Source: Candidatus Binatia bacterium (GTDB lineage Bacteria > Desulfobacterota > Binatia > UBA9968 > JAJDTQ01). Taken from it: 64,000 nucleotides of DNA. The translations under genes were made by a program, and so were the position numbers. The notes beneath the pieces were generated by a model. It saw only the letters and a list, made by a program, of their open reading frames with translations, was not told where the DNA came from and ran no database searches. Where the stretch lies: positions 224,001 to 288,000 of the forward strand of contig OY762897.2 in NCBI GenBank assembly GCA_963666515.2, in the 5' to 3' direction. Positions within the stretch are counted from its first letter, which is position 1; every line of letters starts with the position of its first letter. Below, piece by piece: positions 53,047-61,559 of this stretch.

Positions 53047-54462
53047 CTAGATGTGGAAGTAGTGGAAGAACTCCGCCGGGACGGGGTGGAGAAAGACGTC
53101 CCTCGATTCCTGCTCCTTGAACGCGATGTAGTGGTCGATGACGTCCTGCGTGAAGACGCCGCCTTCCAGCAGGTAGTCGTGGTCCGCGCCGAGAGCCGCC
53201 ACCGCTTCCTCCATGGAGGTGGGGACGGAAGGAATGCCGGCGGCCTCCTCGGCGGAGAGCTCGTAGATGTCCGTGTCGGTGGGGTCGCCCGGATCGATGC
53301 GGTTGCGGATGCCGTCGAGGCCCGCCATCAGCATGGCCGAGAAGGCCAGGTAGGTGTTGGCGGACGGATCGGGGGGGCGGAACTCGATGCGCTTGCTGGC
53401 CGCCGAGGTCTCGTAGGTGGGGATGCGGACCGCGGCGGAGCGGTTGCGCGCCGAGTAGGCCAGGTAGACCGGCGCCTCGAAGCCCGGCACCAGGCGCTTG
53501 TAGGAATTGGTCGTGGGGGCGCAGAAGGCCAGCAGCGACGGGCTGTGCCTCAGCAGGCCGCCGATGTAGTGGCGCGCCAGCTCCGACAACTCCGCGTAGC
53601 CGCCGGCGTCGTAGAAGAGCGGCGTGTCGCCCAGCCACAGCGACTGGTGCACGTGCATGCCGCTGCCGTTGTCCCCGAACAGGGGCTTGGGCATGAACGT
53701 CGCCGTCTTGCCGTGGGTCCTGGCGACGTTGCGGACGATGTGCTTGTACCACTGGGTCTCGTCAGCCTTCCGGCGCAGGGTCTGGAAGCGGGTGGCGATT
53801 TCGCCCTGGCCGCCCGTGGCCACCTCGTGGTGATGGACCTCGAAGTCCATGCCCACCTGCCCCATCTTCTCCGCCATCTCCCAGCGCAGGTTGGCGAGTT
53901 GGTCGAACGGCGGAACGGGCGAATAGCCCTGCTTGGGCGGGATCTTGTAGCCGAGGTTGCGGTCATCCTCCTCCCGGCCCGAGTTCCAGTCGGCCTCGTC
54001 CGAGTCGACGACGTGGAAGGACGAGTTGGGCTTGAGGCCGAAGCGCACGTTCTCGAGCACGAAGAACTCCAGCTCCGGGCCGAAGAACGCCTGATCGGCG
54101 ATGCCGGAGGCGATCAGGTGGGCCTCCGCCTTGGTGGCCACGTGGCGCGGGTCGCGCGTGTAGCGGTCGCCGTTGACCGGGTCCACGACGTCACAGATGA
54201 TCTTGAGGGACGGTTCCGGCTCCACCGGATCGATGCGGGCGGTGTCGAGGTCCGGGACCAGCAGCATGTCGGACTGGTCGATGGACTGGAAGCCCCGCAG
54301 GCTGGAGCCGTCGAACCCCTGACCGCGCTCGACGAGGCTCTCCTTCACCTTGGACGGCGGTATCGAGAAGTGTTGCCAGCGGCCGATGAGATCGGTGACG
54401 AGCAGGTCCACCCGCCGCACGTCATTGTCCGAGATCAGTTTCTGCACATCCGCGAGCGTCAT
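53047..54462 (-). CDS. glnA: Type I glutamine synthetase
   Basis: FDGSS, GPELEF, HHEVA, MPKP..GDNGSGMH, SYKRLVPG, RNRS, RIEFR, adenylylation-site region DIYEL. Confidence 0.96.
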   Translation of the reverse strand: MTLADVQKLISDNDVRRVDLLVTDLIGRWQHFSIPPSKVKESLVERGQGFDGSSLRGFQSIDQSDMLLVPDLDTARIDPVEPEPSLKIICDVVDPVNGDRYTRDPRHVATKAEAHLIASGIADQAFFGPELEFFVLENVRFGLKPNSSFHVVDSDEADWNSGREEDDRNLGYKIPPKQGYSPVPPFDQLANLRWEMAEKMGQVGMDFEVHHHEVATGGQGEIATRFQTLRRKADETQWYKHIVRNVARTHGKTATFMPKPLFGDNGSGMHVHQSLWLGDTPLFYDAGGYAELSELARHYIGGLLRHSPSLLAFCAPTTNSYKRLVPGFEAPVYLAYSARNRSAAVRIPTYETSAASKRIEFRPPDPSANTYLAFSAMLMAGLDGIRNRIDPGDPTDTDIYELSAEEAAGIPSVPTSMEEAVAALGADHDYLLEGGVFTQDVIDHYIAFKEQESRDVFLHPVPAEFFHYFHI

Positions 54463-54504
54463 GATGCATGCCCTCCTTGAAGTCGTTGACCGAAAAACCG
54501 GATT

Positions 54505-54535
54505 GATATCATATCCTTATCATTATCGTATCATA
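54505..54535 (-). promoter_or_regulatory. GATA-repeat array upstream of glnA
   Basis: Minus strand TATGATACGATAATGATAAGGATATGATATC: five GATA units. Confidence 0.45.
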
Positions 54536-54611
54536 GCGGATATGTGAACCTGGGCCGAAGCCCCGACGCGAATCAGGTTGAAATCGACCCTTCGAGCCGG
54601 CGGACAGCTCG

Positions 54612-55469
54612 CTACGGGCTCCCGACCCGCTCGATGGCCACCTCGGTTTCGAGGACCGAGCCGGAGGCGCCGCGAAAGATGCCCCGGGTCGGCGGGACGT
54701 CGGCGTAGTCCCGCCCCACCGCCACCCGGACGTGACGTTCGTCTCCCTCGGTGTCGTTGGTGGGGTCGAACCCGACCCAGCCGATGCCCGGAAACCAGCA
54801 CTCCACCCATGCGTGGCTCTCGCATTCCGCCACGCCTTCCTCGGGAGGCCCGAGGTAACCCGACACGTAACGGCACGGGATCCCCCAGCCCCGCAGGATG
54901 GCCGCCATCACGTGAGCGTAGTCCTGGCAGACGCCCCGGCCGGTCTCGAGAATCCTGTCGATGGGTGAATCGACGCGGGTCTCCCCCGGGGCGTACTCGA
55001 ACACCTGGTGAAGCCGGGTACAGAGATCCCGGGCGCTCACCAGGGGATCGTCTCCCCGCGCGATCTCGCGCATGTCCGTGAACCGCTCCAGGGCCGGGGT
55101 CCAATGGACGAAGCGGCTCGGGTGCACCATCGGCCAAAGCTCGACGCTCTCCACGGCGCGCCGAAGCGACTCCCACGCACCGTGCCCCAACCGCGTGGGC
55201 GTCGACGCCAACGGGCCGACCTCCACGGTGGACCGGGCGGTGACGGCGAAGACGTCGTGGGCGCGGGGGTAGTCCAGGAAATACCCGGTGTTGCCGAACG
55301 GGTCGACGAAGTCGAACAGCGGCCCGTCCGGGTCGGTGACGATGGAGAACTCCCGCACCAACTGGGTACGGTCGCGGGTCGGAGAGACGTAGAGCGTCAT
55401 CACCGACTCCCGCGCCCGCTCGGGGTATCGGAAACGCATGCAGTGCTCGATGTTGTAGGTGACGATCAA
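54612..55469 (-). CDS. Transglutaminase-like protein with bacterial N-terminal domain
   Basis: Y.IEH..RFRY, D.FGN, GVCQDYAH, RYVSGY, SHAWVE, FDPTN, GRDYADV. TTG start overlapping the alpha-E stop. Confidence 0.9.
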   Translation of the reverse strand: MIVTYNIEHCMRFRYPERARESVMTLYVSPTRDRTQLVREFSIVTDPDGPLFDFVDPFGNTGYFLDYPRAHDVFAVTARSTVEVGPLASTPTRLGHGAWESLRRAVESVELWPMVHPSRFVHWTPALERFTDMREIARGDDPLVSARDLCTRLHQVFEYAPGETRVDSPIDRILETGRGVCQDYAHVMAAILRGWGIPCRYVSGYLGPPEEGVAECESHAWVECWFPGIGWVGFDPTNDTEGDERHVRVAVGRDYADVPPTRGIFRGASGSVLETEVAIERVGSP

Positions 55470-56443
55470 GGCACGGCCCCCTCGGCCGGAGAATGGGTCA
55501 CGTAAGCGGCCATGGTCGCGTGGTGAAGCGTCCGGGCGTCGTTCTCCACCGAGCGGAAGAAGTCGCTCGCCACGGTTTCGACGGAAAGGCCCGACGGTTC
55601 CGTTTCGACCGCGGCGGTGAGGCGCAGCGCCGTCCGTTGGGGCGGCGCCAGGGGGTAACGGGCGCCCACCGGGTCGATGCCCGCCAGCAACTCTTCGATG
55701 CGCTGGAGCGAGAAGCGCAACGAGCGCGGAAGTTCGGGGTCCTGGGTCAGCAGGCCGAGGGCTTCCTTTCGTTCGACGTCGGTGGAATGACGGCGGCAAT
55801 AGACTTCATAAGCGCCGCACACCCGCAGAAGGGCAGCCCACGAGAGCCCGCCGGCGGTCCGGTCTTCGGCGCCGAACTCGACCCAGGAGGCGAGCAGCGC
55901 GGCCTGATGCTGGACCCGTTCGGTGAACCGGCCCAGCTCCAGGAAACGCCACGAGTCGTCCCGCGGCATGACGTCCTCCACCACGCCGGCGAACATTCGC
56001 AGCCGGTCGATGGCCTCGTTCACCAGGGCGGCCGGCGCCTTGGCCCAGGCCGTGCTGAAGTCGGTGTCCCGCACCCAGAGGTAACCCTGGTTGAGACACG
56101 TCCACACGGACAGCGGCAACTGGGCGCGCACGCGCTGGCCGTTCTCCCGCGCCGACTCCCAGCACGAGACCACGGAGTCCGGATTCGATCGCTCTTCCAC
56201 CAGGTTGCCGGCCAGCGTGTAGGCGTCCGGTATCACCACCGCTTCGGCTTCGTCGCCGTTCGCGGCCGTCGCCACCGGAGGCTGGCCGAGGATGCGGTAC
56301 ACCGCCTGCCAGCCGAGGTTCAGCTCCTCCGCCGGGCACTCGGCGAGACGGGTGAGCTGGAACCGGAGAAGACGCGCCGTGTGCTCGATGCGCTCGACGT
56401 GGCGGCCCAGCCAATAGAACTCCGCGGCGACCCGTGCCAACAT
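55466..56443 (-). CDS. Alpha-E domain protein (DUF403)
   Basis: MLARVA..YWLGR..ER.E..AR, ARENG..VR, LGRF.ER, PRSL.F. Confidence 0.88.
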   Translation of the reverse strand: MLARVAAEFYWLGRHVERIEHTARLLRFQLTRLAECPAEELNLGWQAVYRILGQPPVATAANGDEAEAVVIPDAYTLAGNLVEERSNPDSVVSCWESARENGQRVRAQLPLSVWTCLNQGYLWVRDTDFSTAWAKAPAALVNEAIDRLRMFAGVVEDVMPRDDSWRFLELGRFTERVQHQAALLASWVEFGAEDRTAGGLSWAALLRVCGAYEVYCRRHSTDVERKEALGLLTQDPELPRSLRFSLQRIEELLAGIDPVGARYPLAPPQRTALRLTAAVETEPSGLSVETVASDFFRSVENDARTLHHATMAAYVTHSPAEGAVP

Positions 56444-56453
56444 GCCCCGAACC

Positions 56454-57914
56454 TCAGTCCTCCAGCACCCACAGGTCCTTGCAGCCCCCGCCCTGGCTGG
56501 AATTGACCACCAGGCTGCCGCGCCGAAGCGCCACGCGGCACAGCCCGCCGGGCACCACGTGCTGCTCGTCGCGTCCTTGCAGCACGAAGGGGCGAAGGTC
56601 CACGTGACGCGGCTCGATGGCGCCGCCGACGAAGCACGGGGCGCGGGACAGGGCCAGCACCGGCTGCGAGATGAAGTTGGCCGGATCGGCGCGCAGCCGT
56701 TCGGCGTAGCGGGCGCGCTCGTCCGCGGACGCGTGGGGGCCCACCAGCATCCCGTAGCCGCCGGCGCCGCCGACCTCCTTCACCACCAACTCGTCGAGAT
56801 GCTCCAGGGTGTAGGCGAGCCCGTCGGGTTCCCGGCAAAGATGAGTCTCGACGTTGGCCAGTATCGGATCTTCGTCGAGAAAGTAACGGATGATGGCCGG
56901 CACGTAGGAGTACAGGCTCTTGTCGTCGGCCACGCCGGTGCCGGGAGCGTTGGCCAGCACGAGGTTGCCCGCCCGGTACGCGTGGAAGAGCCCCGCGGCT
57001 CCCAGGATCGAGTCGCCGCGGAACAGGACCGGGTCGAGGAAGTCGTCGTCGATGCGCCGGTAGAGCACGTCCACGCGCCGCAGCCCCGCGGTGGTGCGTG
57101 CGTGCAGCGCGCCGTCGCGCAGGACCAGGTCCTGTCCTTCCACCAGGTCGACGCCCATTTCGCCGGCGAGAAAGGCGTGTTCGTAGTACGCGGAGTTGTG
57201 CATGCCGGGGGTCAGGATCGCGACGTGCGGGTCCTGCATCGACGGGCGGAGCGAGGCGAGCGTGGAGTACAGGCGCTCGGCGTACTCCGCGACCTCGCGG
57301 ACCCGATGCGCCCGGTAAAGACGCGGGAACGCGTCCTTGATGGCGTTGCGGCAGGCGAGCATGTAGGAGACGCCGGAGGGGACCCGCAGGTTGTCTTCGA
57401 GGACGGCGAAGCCGTCGTGGGTGCGCACGATGTCGGTGCCGCACACGGCCACGTAGACGTCGTGCGGCACCTTCAGGCCGCGCATTTCCATGCGGTATTG
57501 CGGGCAGCCGAGCACCAGGTCGATGGGCACGACCTTGTCCCGAAGGCAGCGGCCCTCGTGGTAGACGTCCTTGAGGAACAGGTTCAACGCCGCCAGGCGT
57601 TGCTTGAGGCCACGTTCGATGCGCCGCCAGTCGGCCGCGGTCACGACCCTGGGCACGCAGTCGATGGGGATGATCTGCTCGGTGACGGTGTCGGCGTCGA
57701 GGACCGTGAAGGTGATGCCTTCGTGCAGGAAGTGCCGGTAGACGCCGTCCTGAAGCCGGGTCAGGTCCTCGGAGTCGAGCTTTGCCAGCGCCCCGTTGAG
57801 GCGTTCGCATGCCGTGCGCGGACGCCCGTCCGCGGCAAACATTTCATCGTAGTAGGCGGGATCCAGGTCGTAGTCCCCGAAGACGCCTCCATCCGCTGCA
57901 TGAACTTGGGGCAC
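56454..57914 (-). CDS. Circularly permuted type 2 ATP-grasp protein (predicted peptide ligase)
   Basis: YDEM, GITF, EDNLRVPSGVSY, NSAYYEH, YRRIDD, GTGVADDK, GAGGYG, VNSSQGGG.KD. GTG start with GGAGG RBS. Confidence 0.92.
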   Translation of the reverse strand: MPQVHAADGGVFGDYDLDPAYYDEMFAADGRPRTACERLNGALAKLDSEDLTRLQDGVYRHFLHEGITFTVLDADTVTEQIIPIDCVPRVVTAADWRRIERGLKQRLAALNLFLKDVYHEGRCLRDKVVPIDLVLGCPQYRMEMRGLKVPHDVYVAVCGTDIVRTHDGFAVLEDNLRVPSGVSYMLACRNAIKDAFPRLYRAHRVREVAEYAERLYSTLASLRPSMQDPHVAILTPGMHNSAYYEHAFLAGEMGVDLVEGQDLVLRDGALHARTTAGLRRVDVLYRRIDDDFLDPVLFRGDSILGAAGLFHAYRAGNLVLANAPGTGVADDKSLYSYVPAIIRYFLDEDPILANVETHLCREPDGLAYTLEHLDELVVKEVGGAGGYGMLVGPHASADERARYAERLRADPANFISQPVLALSRAPCFVGGAIEPRHVDLRPFVLQGRDEQHVVPGGLCRVALRRGSLVVNSSQGGGCKDLWVLED

Positions 57915-57928
57915 AACGCCTCCGGACG

Positions 57929-58004
<76 letters not shown>

Positions 58005-58066
58005 ACGCTCGGAAATCGAAGCGGTTGTCGATCGGTGAACGATGCCGAACCGCCGGATGATGCTCC

Positions 58067-58096
58067 AGCATAGCGGATGGACCGGCTGGCTGGCAA
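58067..58096 (-). promoter_or_regulatory. Putative sigma70 promoter of tRNA-Ala
   Basis: Minus strand TTGCCA-18-TATGCT. Confidence 0.55.
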
Positions 58097-58141
58097 GGGC
58101 CGCTTTCCCTTTCCCTCCGGGTGAGGGTCTCCGATGGGCTC

Positions 58142-59854
58142 CTACGCCGGGCGGCTGCGCTCGTTGGCCTTCAGCATCTCGGCGGCGTGGCGTTCCGCCT
58201 GAGCGGTGACCTCGGCGCCGCCGAGCATGCGCGCCAGCTCCCGGACACGCTCCGCCTCGTCGAGCTTTCGCACCGTGGTGAAGGTCCTGCCTTTCAGCAC
58301 CTGCTTCTCCACCACGTAGTGGGAGTCCGCCAGCGCCGCGATGGGGGCCAAGTGCGTGACGCACAGCACCTGGTGGGCTTGGGCCACCGCCGCCAGCTTC
58401 TTCCCGACCATCTCGGCCACCTTGCCGCCGATGCCGGCGTCGACCTCGTCGAACAGCAGGGTCGGAATTCCGCTGCGGGTCAGGACCAGCGACTTGATCG
58501 CCAGCATGAGCCGCGACAGCTCGCCGCCCGAGGCGATCCGGGCCAGGGGCCGCGCGGACTCCCCGGGGTTGGGCGAGAAGTAGAACTCGGGGTCGTCGAT
58601 GCCGTCCGCGCCGATCCGGGCGCCGCCCATGGCGAAGGGAGGATCGTCCCGCGCCGGGTCGCGGTCGTGGAACCTCACCTCGAACGTGGTGTGGGGGAGT
58701 CCGATGTCGCGGACTTCCCGCTCCAGCCGCGTCTTCAGGGTCTTGGCCGCGCGTCTCCGCGCCCGCGACAGTTCCTCCGCGGTCTTCCAGGCCGCATCCC
58801 GCGCCGTCTCGAAGCGCCGGGTGAGGTCGGCGAGCTGTTCCTCGCCGGCCTCGAGCGACGCGAGCTGTTCCCCCGCGGTCACGGCCAGCGCCAGGATCTC
58901 TTCCACCGGCATCCGGTATTTCCGCTTCAGGCGATGGATCTCGGCCAGGCGATCCTCGATGCGCTCCAGTTCCCCGGGGTCGAAGTGCAGCCGGTCGGCG
59001 CACTGGCGGATCAGCGCGGTGGCCTCGTCGAGCTGCGCGGCCGACCCTTCGAGCAGCGCCACGGCTTCGGCCAGCGCCGGGTCGATTTCCGCCATCTCCC
59101 GGAGGCGCGGGATGTACCGGCCCAGTTCGCCGGCGACGGCGTTGTCGCCTTCGTAGAGGATCAGCTCGCCTTCCTTGCAGGTCTGGTAGAGCTTCTCGGC
59201 ATGGGCGAAGATCTCCCGTCTGTGCAGCAGCGTCTCTTCCTCTTCCGGATCGAGCTTCGCGTCGGCGATCTCCTCCGCCTGCGCCCGCAGGAGGGCTTCC
59301 TCGCGGGCCTTGTCCGCCAGCTTCTCCTTGAGATCGCACACCCGCTTCCAGGCCGCGGCGAATTCGCCGAACTGCCGTGTCATGGCCGCGGCCTTTTCCT
59401 CGAGCCCGCCGTGGGCGTCCAGCAGCCCCAGGTGACTTTCGGTACGGAGCAGGGTGTGCTGCTCGTGCTGGCCGTAGATGTGGATGAGGCCGGCGCCGAC
59501 GTTGGACAGGACCGACAGGGGGCTCAGGCTCCCGTTCAGATATATCCGGTTGCGGCCGGCGCGGGTGACGACCCGCCTCAGCACCAGCTCGTCGTCGGCG
59601 TCGCAACCCGCGGCCAGCAGGGCGTCGCGCGTGGCCGCGGGAAGGTCCGAGAACTGGGCCTCCACCGCGGCCTCGTCCTCTCCCTCGCGAATGAGGCCGG
59701 ACGAGCCGCGGGCGCCCAGGATGAGGTCCAGGGCAGACAGCACGATGGTCTTGCCGGCGCCGGTCTCGCCCGTGAGGACGTTCAACCCGGGTCCCATCTC
59801 CAGCTCGGCGTGGTCGATGACGGCGATGTTGTCGATGCGCAGCTCTCGCAGCAT
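58142..59854 (-). CDS. recN: DNA repair protein RecN
   Basis: TGETGAGKT, GQHEQ, ASGGELSR, FDEVDAG, VTH, ELARMLGG. Confidence 0.96.
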   Translation of the reverse strand: MLRELRIDNIAVIDHAELEMGPGLNVLTGETGAGKTIVLSALDLILGARGSSGLIREGEDEAAVEAQFSDLPAATRDALLAAGCDADDELVLRRVVTRAGRNRIYLNGSLSPLSVLSNVGAGLIHIYGQHEQHTLLRTESHLGLLDAHGGLEEKAAAMTRQFGEFAAAWKRVCDLKEKLADKAREEALLRAQAEEIADAKLDPEEEETLLHRREIFAHAEKLYQTCKEGELILYEGDNAVAGELGRYIPRLREMAEIDPALAEAVALLEGSAAQLDEATALIRQCADRLHFDPGELERIEDRLAEIHRLKRKYRMPVEEILALAVTAGEQLASLEAGEEQLADLTRRFETARDAAWKTAEELSRARRRAAKTLKTRLEREVRDIGLPHTTFEVRFHDRDPARDDPPFAMGGARIGADGIDDPEFYFSPNPGESARPLARIASGGELSRLMLAIKSLVLTRSGIPTLLFDEVDAGIGGKVAEMVGKKLAAVAQAHQVLCVTHLAPIAALADSHYVVEKQVLKGRTFTTVRKLDEAERVRELARMLGGAEVTAQAERHAAEMLKANERSRPA

Positions 59855-59937
59855 GGGACGACCCTTCGTGTGACGGGTCAGCTTGTATGGACCGAGGGTC
59901 AGGTTATACGGACGCGGGCGGGTTTGAAAACCCGATC

Positions 59938-60789
59938 CTAGCGCTCACCCCACTTGAGCTTGTTGCGAAGCACGTCGAAGTAGGATCGGGTGGGCATCCT
60001 CACGAGCGAAACCGGCGTCTTGTGGCGGCGCACCTCCACCCGGTCGCCGTTGTTGAGCAGAATGCCTTCCTGGCCGTCCGGGATCAGCACCACCGTGTCC
60101 CCGGCGGACTTGAGCGTGGAGCGGATCCTGGCGTCGCTGGCGATGACGATGGGCCGGTTGGTGGTCAGGGTGTGAGGGCAGATGGGGCACAGGATGATGG
60201 CCCCCATGGCGGGATGGAGAATGGGGCCGCCGGCCGCGAGCGAGTAGGCCGTCGACCCGGTCGGGGTGGAGATGATCAGGCCGTCGGCCCTGTAGGTGCA
60301 GAGGTAGTCGCTGCCGACGTAGGTCTCCAGGTCGATGATCTTCGAGCGCGCGCCCTTGGTGATGACCGCGTCGTTGAGAACCCTCAGGTTGCGCACGCCG
60401 TCCTTCCCCGAGATGCTCACGCTCAGGGTCATGCGTTTCTCGATCGTGTAGTTTTCGGAAATGGTGCTGGTGAGCACTTCCTCCAGCTCGTCCAGCACGA
60501 TCTCGGTGATGAAGCCGAGGCCGCCGAGATTGACGCCGACGATGGGCACCTCGGGCCGCTCCACCAGGCGGGCGATGCTCAGCAGCGTGCCGTCTCCCCC
60601 CAGCACGATGATGAGGTCGGCCCGCGCCGCCATCTCCGCCTTGAGAGCTACCCGGCCGCCGGTGGTGCCGAACTCGGCTTCCACCATCACCTCCATGCCG
60701 CGGCCTTCAAGCCACGGTATGGTGGTCCTCATGATCCGCTCGGCCTTCTCCTCCCCGTACTTCGCGACGATTCCGACGGTGTTGACCAT
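59938..60789 (-). CDS. nadK: NAD kinase
   Basis: GGDGT, G.LGF, LNDAV, DGLIISTPTGSTAYSLAAGGP, KLKW. Confidence 0.96.
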   Translation of the reverse strand: MVNTVGIVAKYGEEKAERIMRTTIPWLEGRGMEVMVEAEFGTTGGRVALKAEMAARADLIIVLGGDGTLLSIARLVERPEVPIVGVNLGGLGFITEIVLDELEEVLTSTISENYTIEKRMTLSVSISGKDGVRNLRVLNDAVITKGARSKIIDLETYVGSDYLCTYRADGLIISTPTGSTAYSLAAGGPILHPAMGAIILCPICPHTLTTNRPIVIASDARIRSTLKSAGDTVVLIPDGQEGILLNNGDRVEVRRHKTPVSLVRMPTRSYFDVLRNKLKWGER

Positions 60790-60874
60790 ATCCCTGCGGG
60801 AGAAGTACCACAGGGGGGAAAAGGATGCCATCTTGACTGGAGCGCTGCCGGCACACAGGCGCAAGGAGGAGATC

Positions 60875-61522
60875 GTGGATGTAGAAGAACTGCTGAAAGT
60901 GATGGCGGCCCGGCGCAGCGTGCGCGTCTACAGGAGCGGGCGGGTCACCGACGAGCAGCTCGACCGGATGTTCGAGGCGGCGCGGCTTGCGCCCTCGGGC
61001 GCCAACAGCCAGCCTTGGGAGTTCGTGGTGACGCGGGACCGGGCGAAGATGAAGCGGGTGCGGAAGATCTACGCCGACGAGTGGAACCAGCGCAAGCTGG
61101 AGGATCCGGTCCACTACAAGGGACTCAAGAAGGACTACGTGGGAGACGTGAGCGCCCTGATCCTGGTATGCGGCGATGTGCGCACCAAGCGGGTGTACCT
61201 CACCACGCGGCAGCCGGCCGACCGGGAGAAGCTGTTCCAGGCCAACGTGGCCAACGCCGTGGAGCACCTGATGCTGGCGGCTGCCAGCATGGGGTTGGGC
61301 ACGGTGTGGGTCTCGGTGCGCAAGGAGGTGGAGCCGGAGTTGCGGGCGCTGTTCCAGGTCCCCAAGGCGCTCCGCCTGCTTTGGGTGGTGCCGGTGGGGC
61401 GGCCCCGGGCCTGGCCCAATGCGAAACCGCGCCGGAAAGTCGAGGATTTCGTGCACCGGGAAACGTACGATGCCGGCAAGCTGCGGCCGGAATCCCGCAT
61501 TCGGGCCTGGCCCAAGTCATAG
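60875..61522 (+). CDS. Nitroreductase family protein
   Basis: RRSVR, APSGANSQPWEFVV, LMLAA..MGLGT.W. AAGGAGG RBS. Confidence 0.9.
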   Translation: MDVEELLKVMAARRSVRVYRSGRVTDEQLDRMFEAARLAPSGANSQPWEFVVTRDRAKMKRVRKIYADEWNQRKLEDPVHYKGLKKDYVGDVSALILVCGDVRTKRVYLTTRQPADREKLFQANVANAVEHLMLAAASMGLGTVWVSVRKEVEPELRALFQVPKALRLLWVVPVGRPRAWPNAKPRRKVEDFVHRETYDAGKLRPESRIRAWPKS

Positions 61523-61559
61523 CGACGCCCCGGGAACCCTTCATCCCCGGCGGTCGGGG

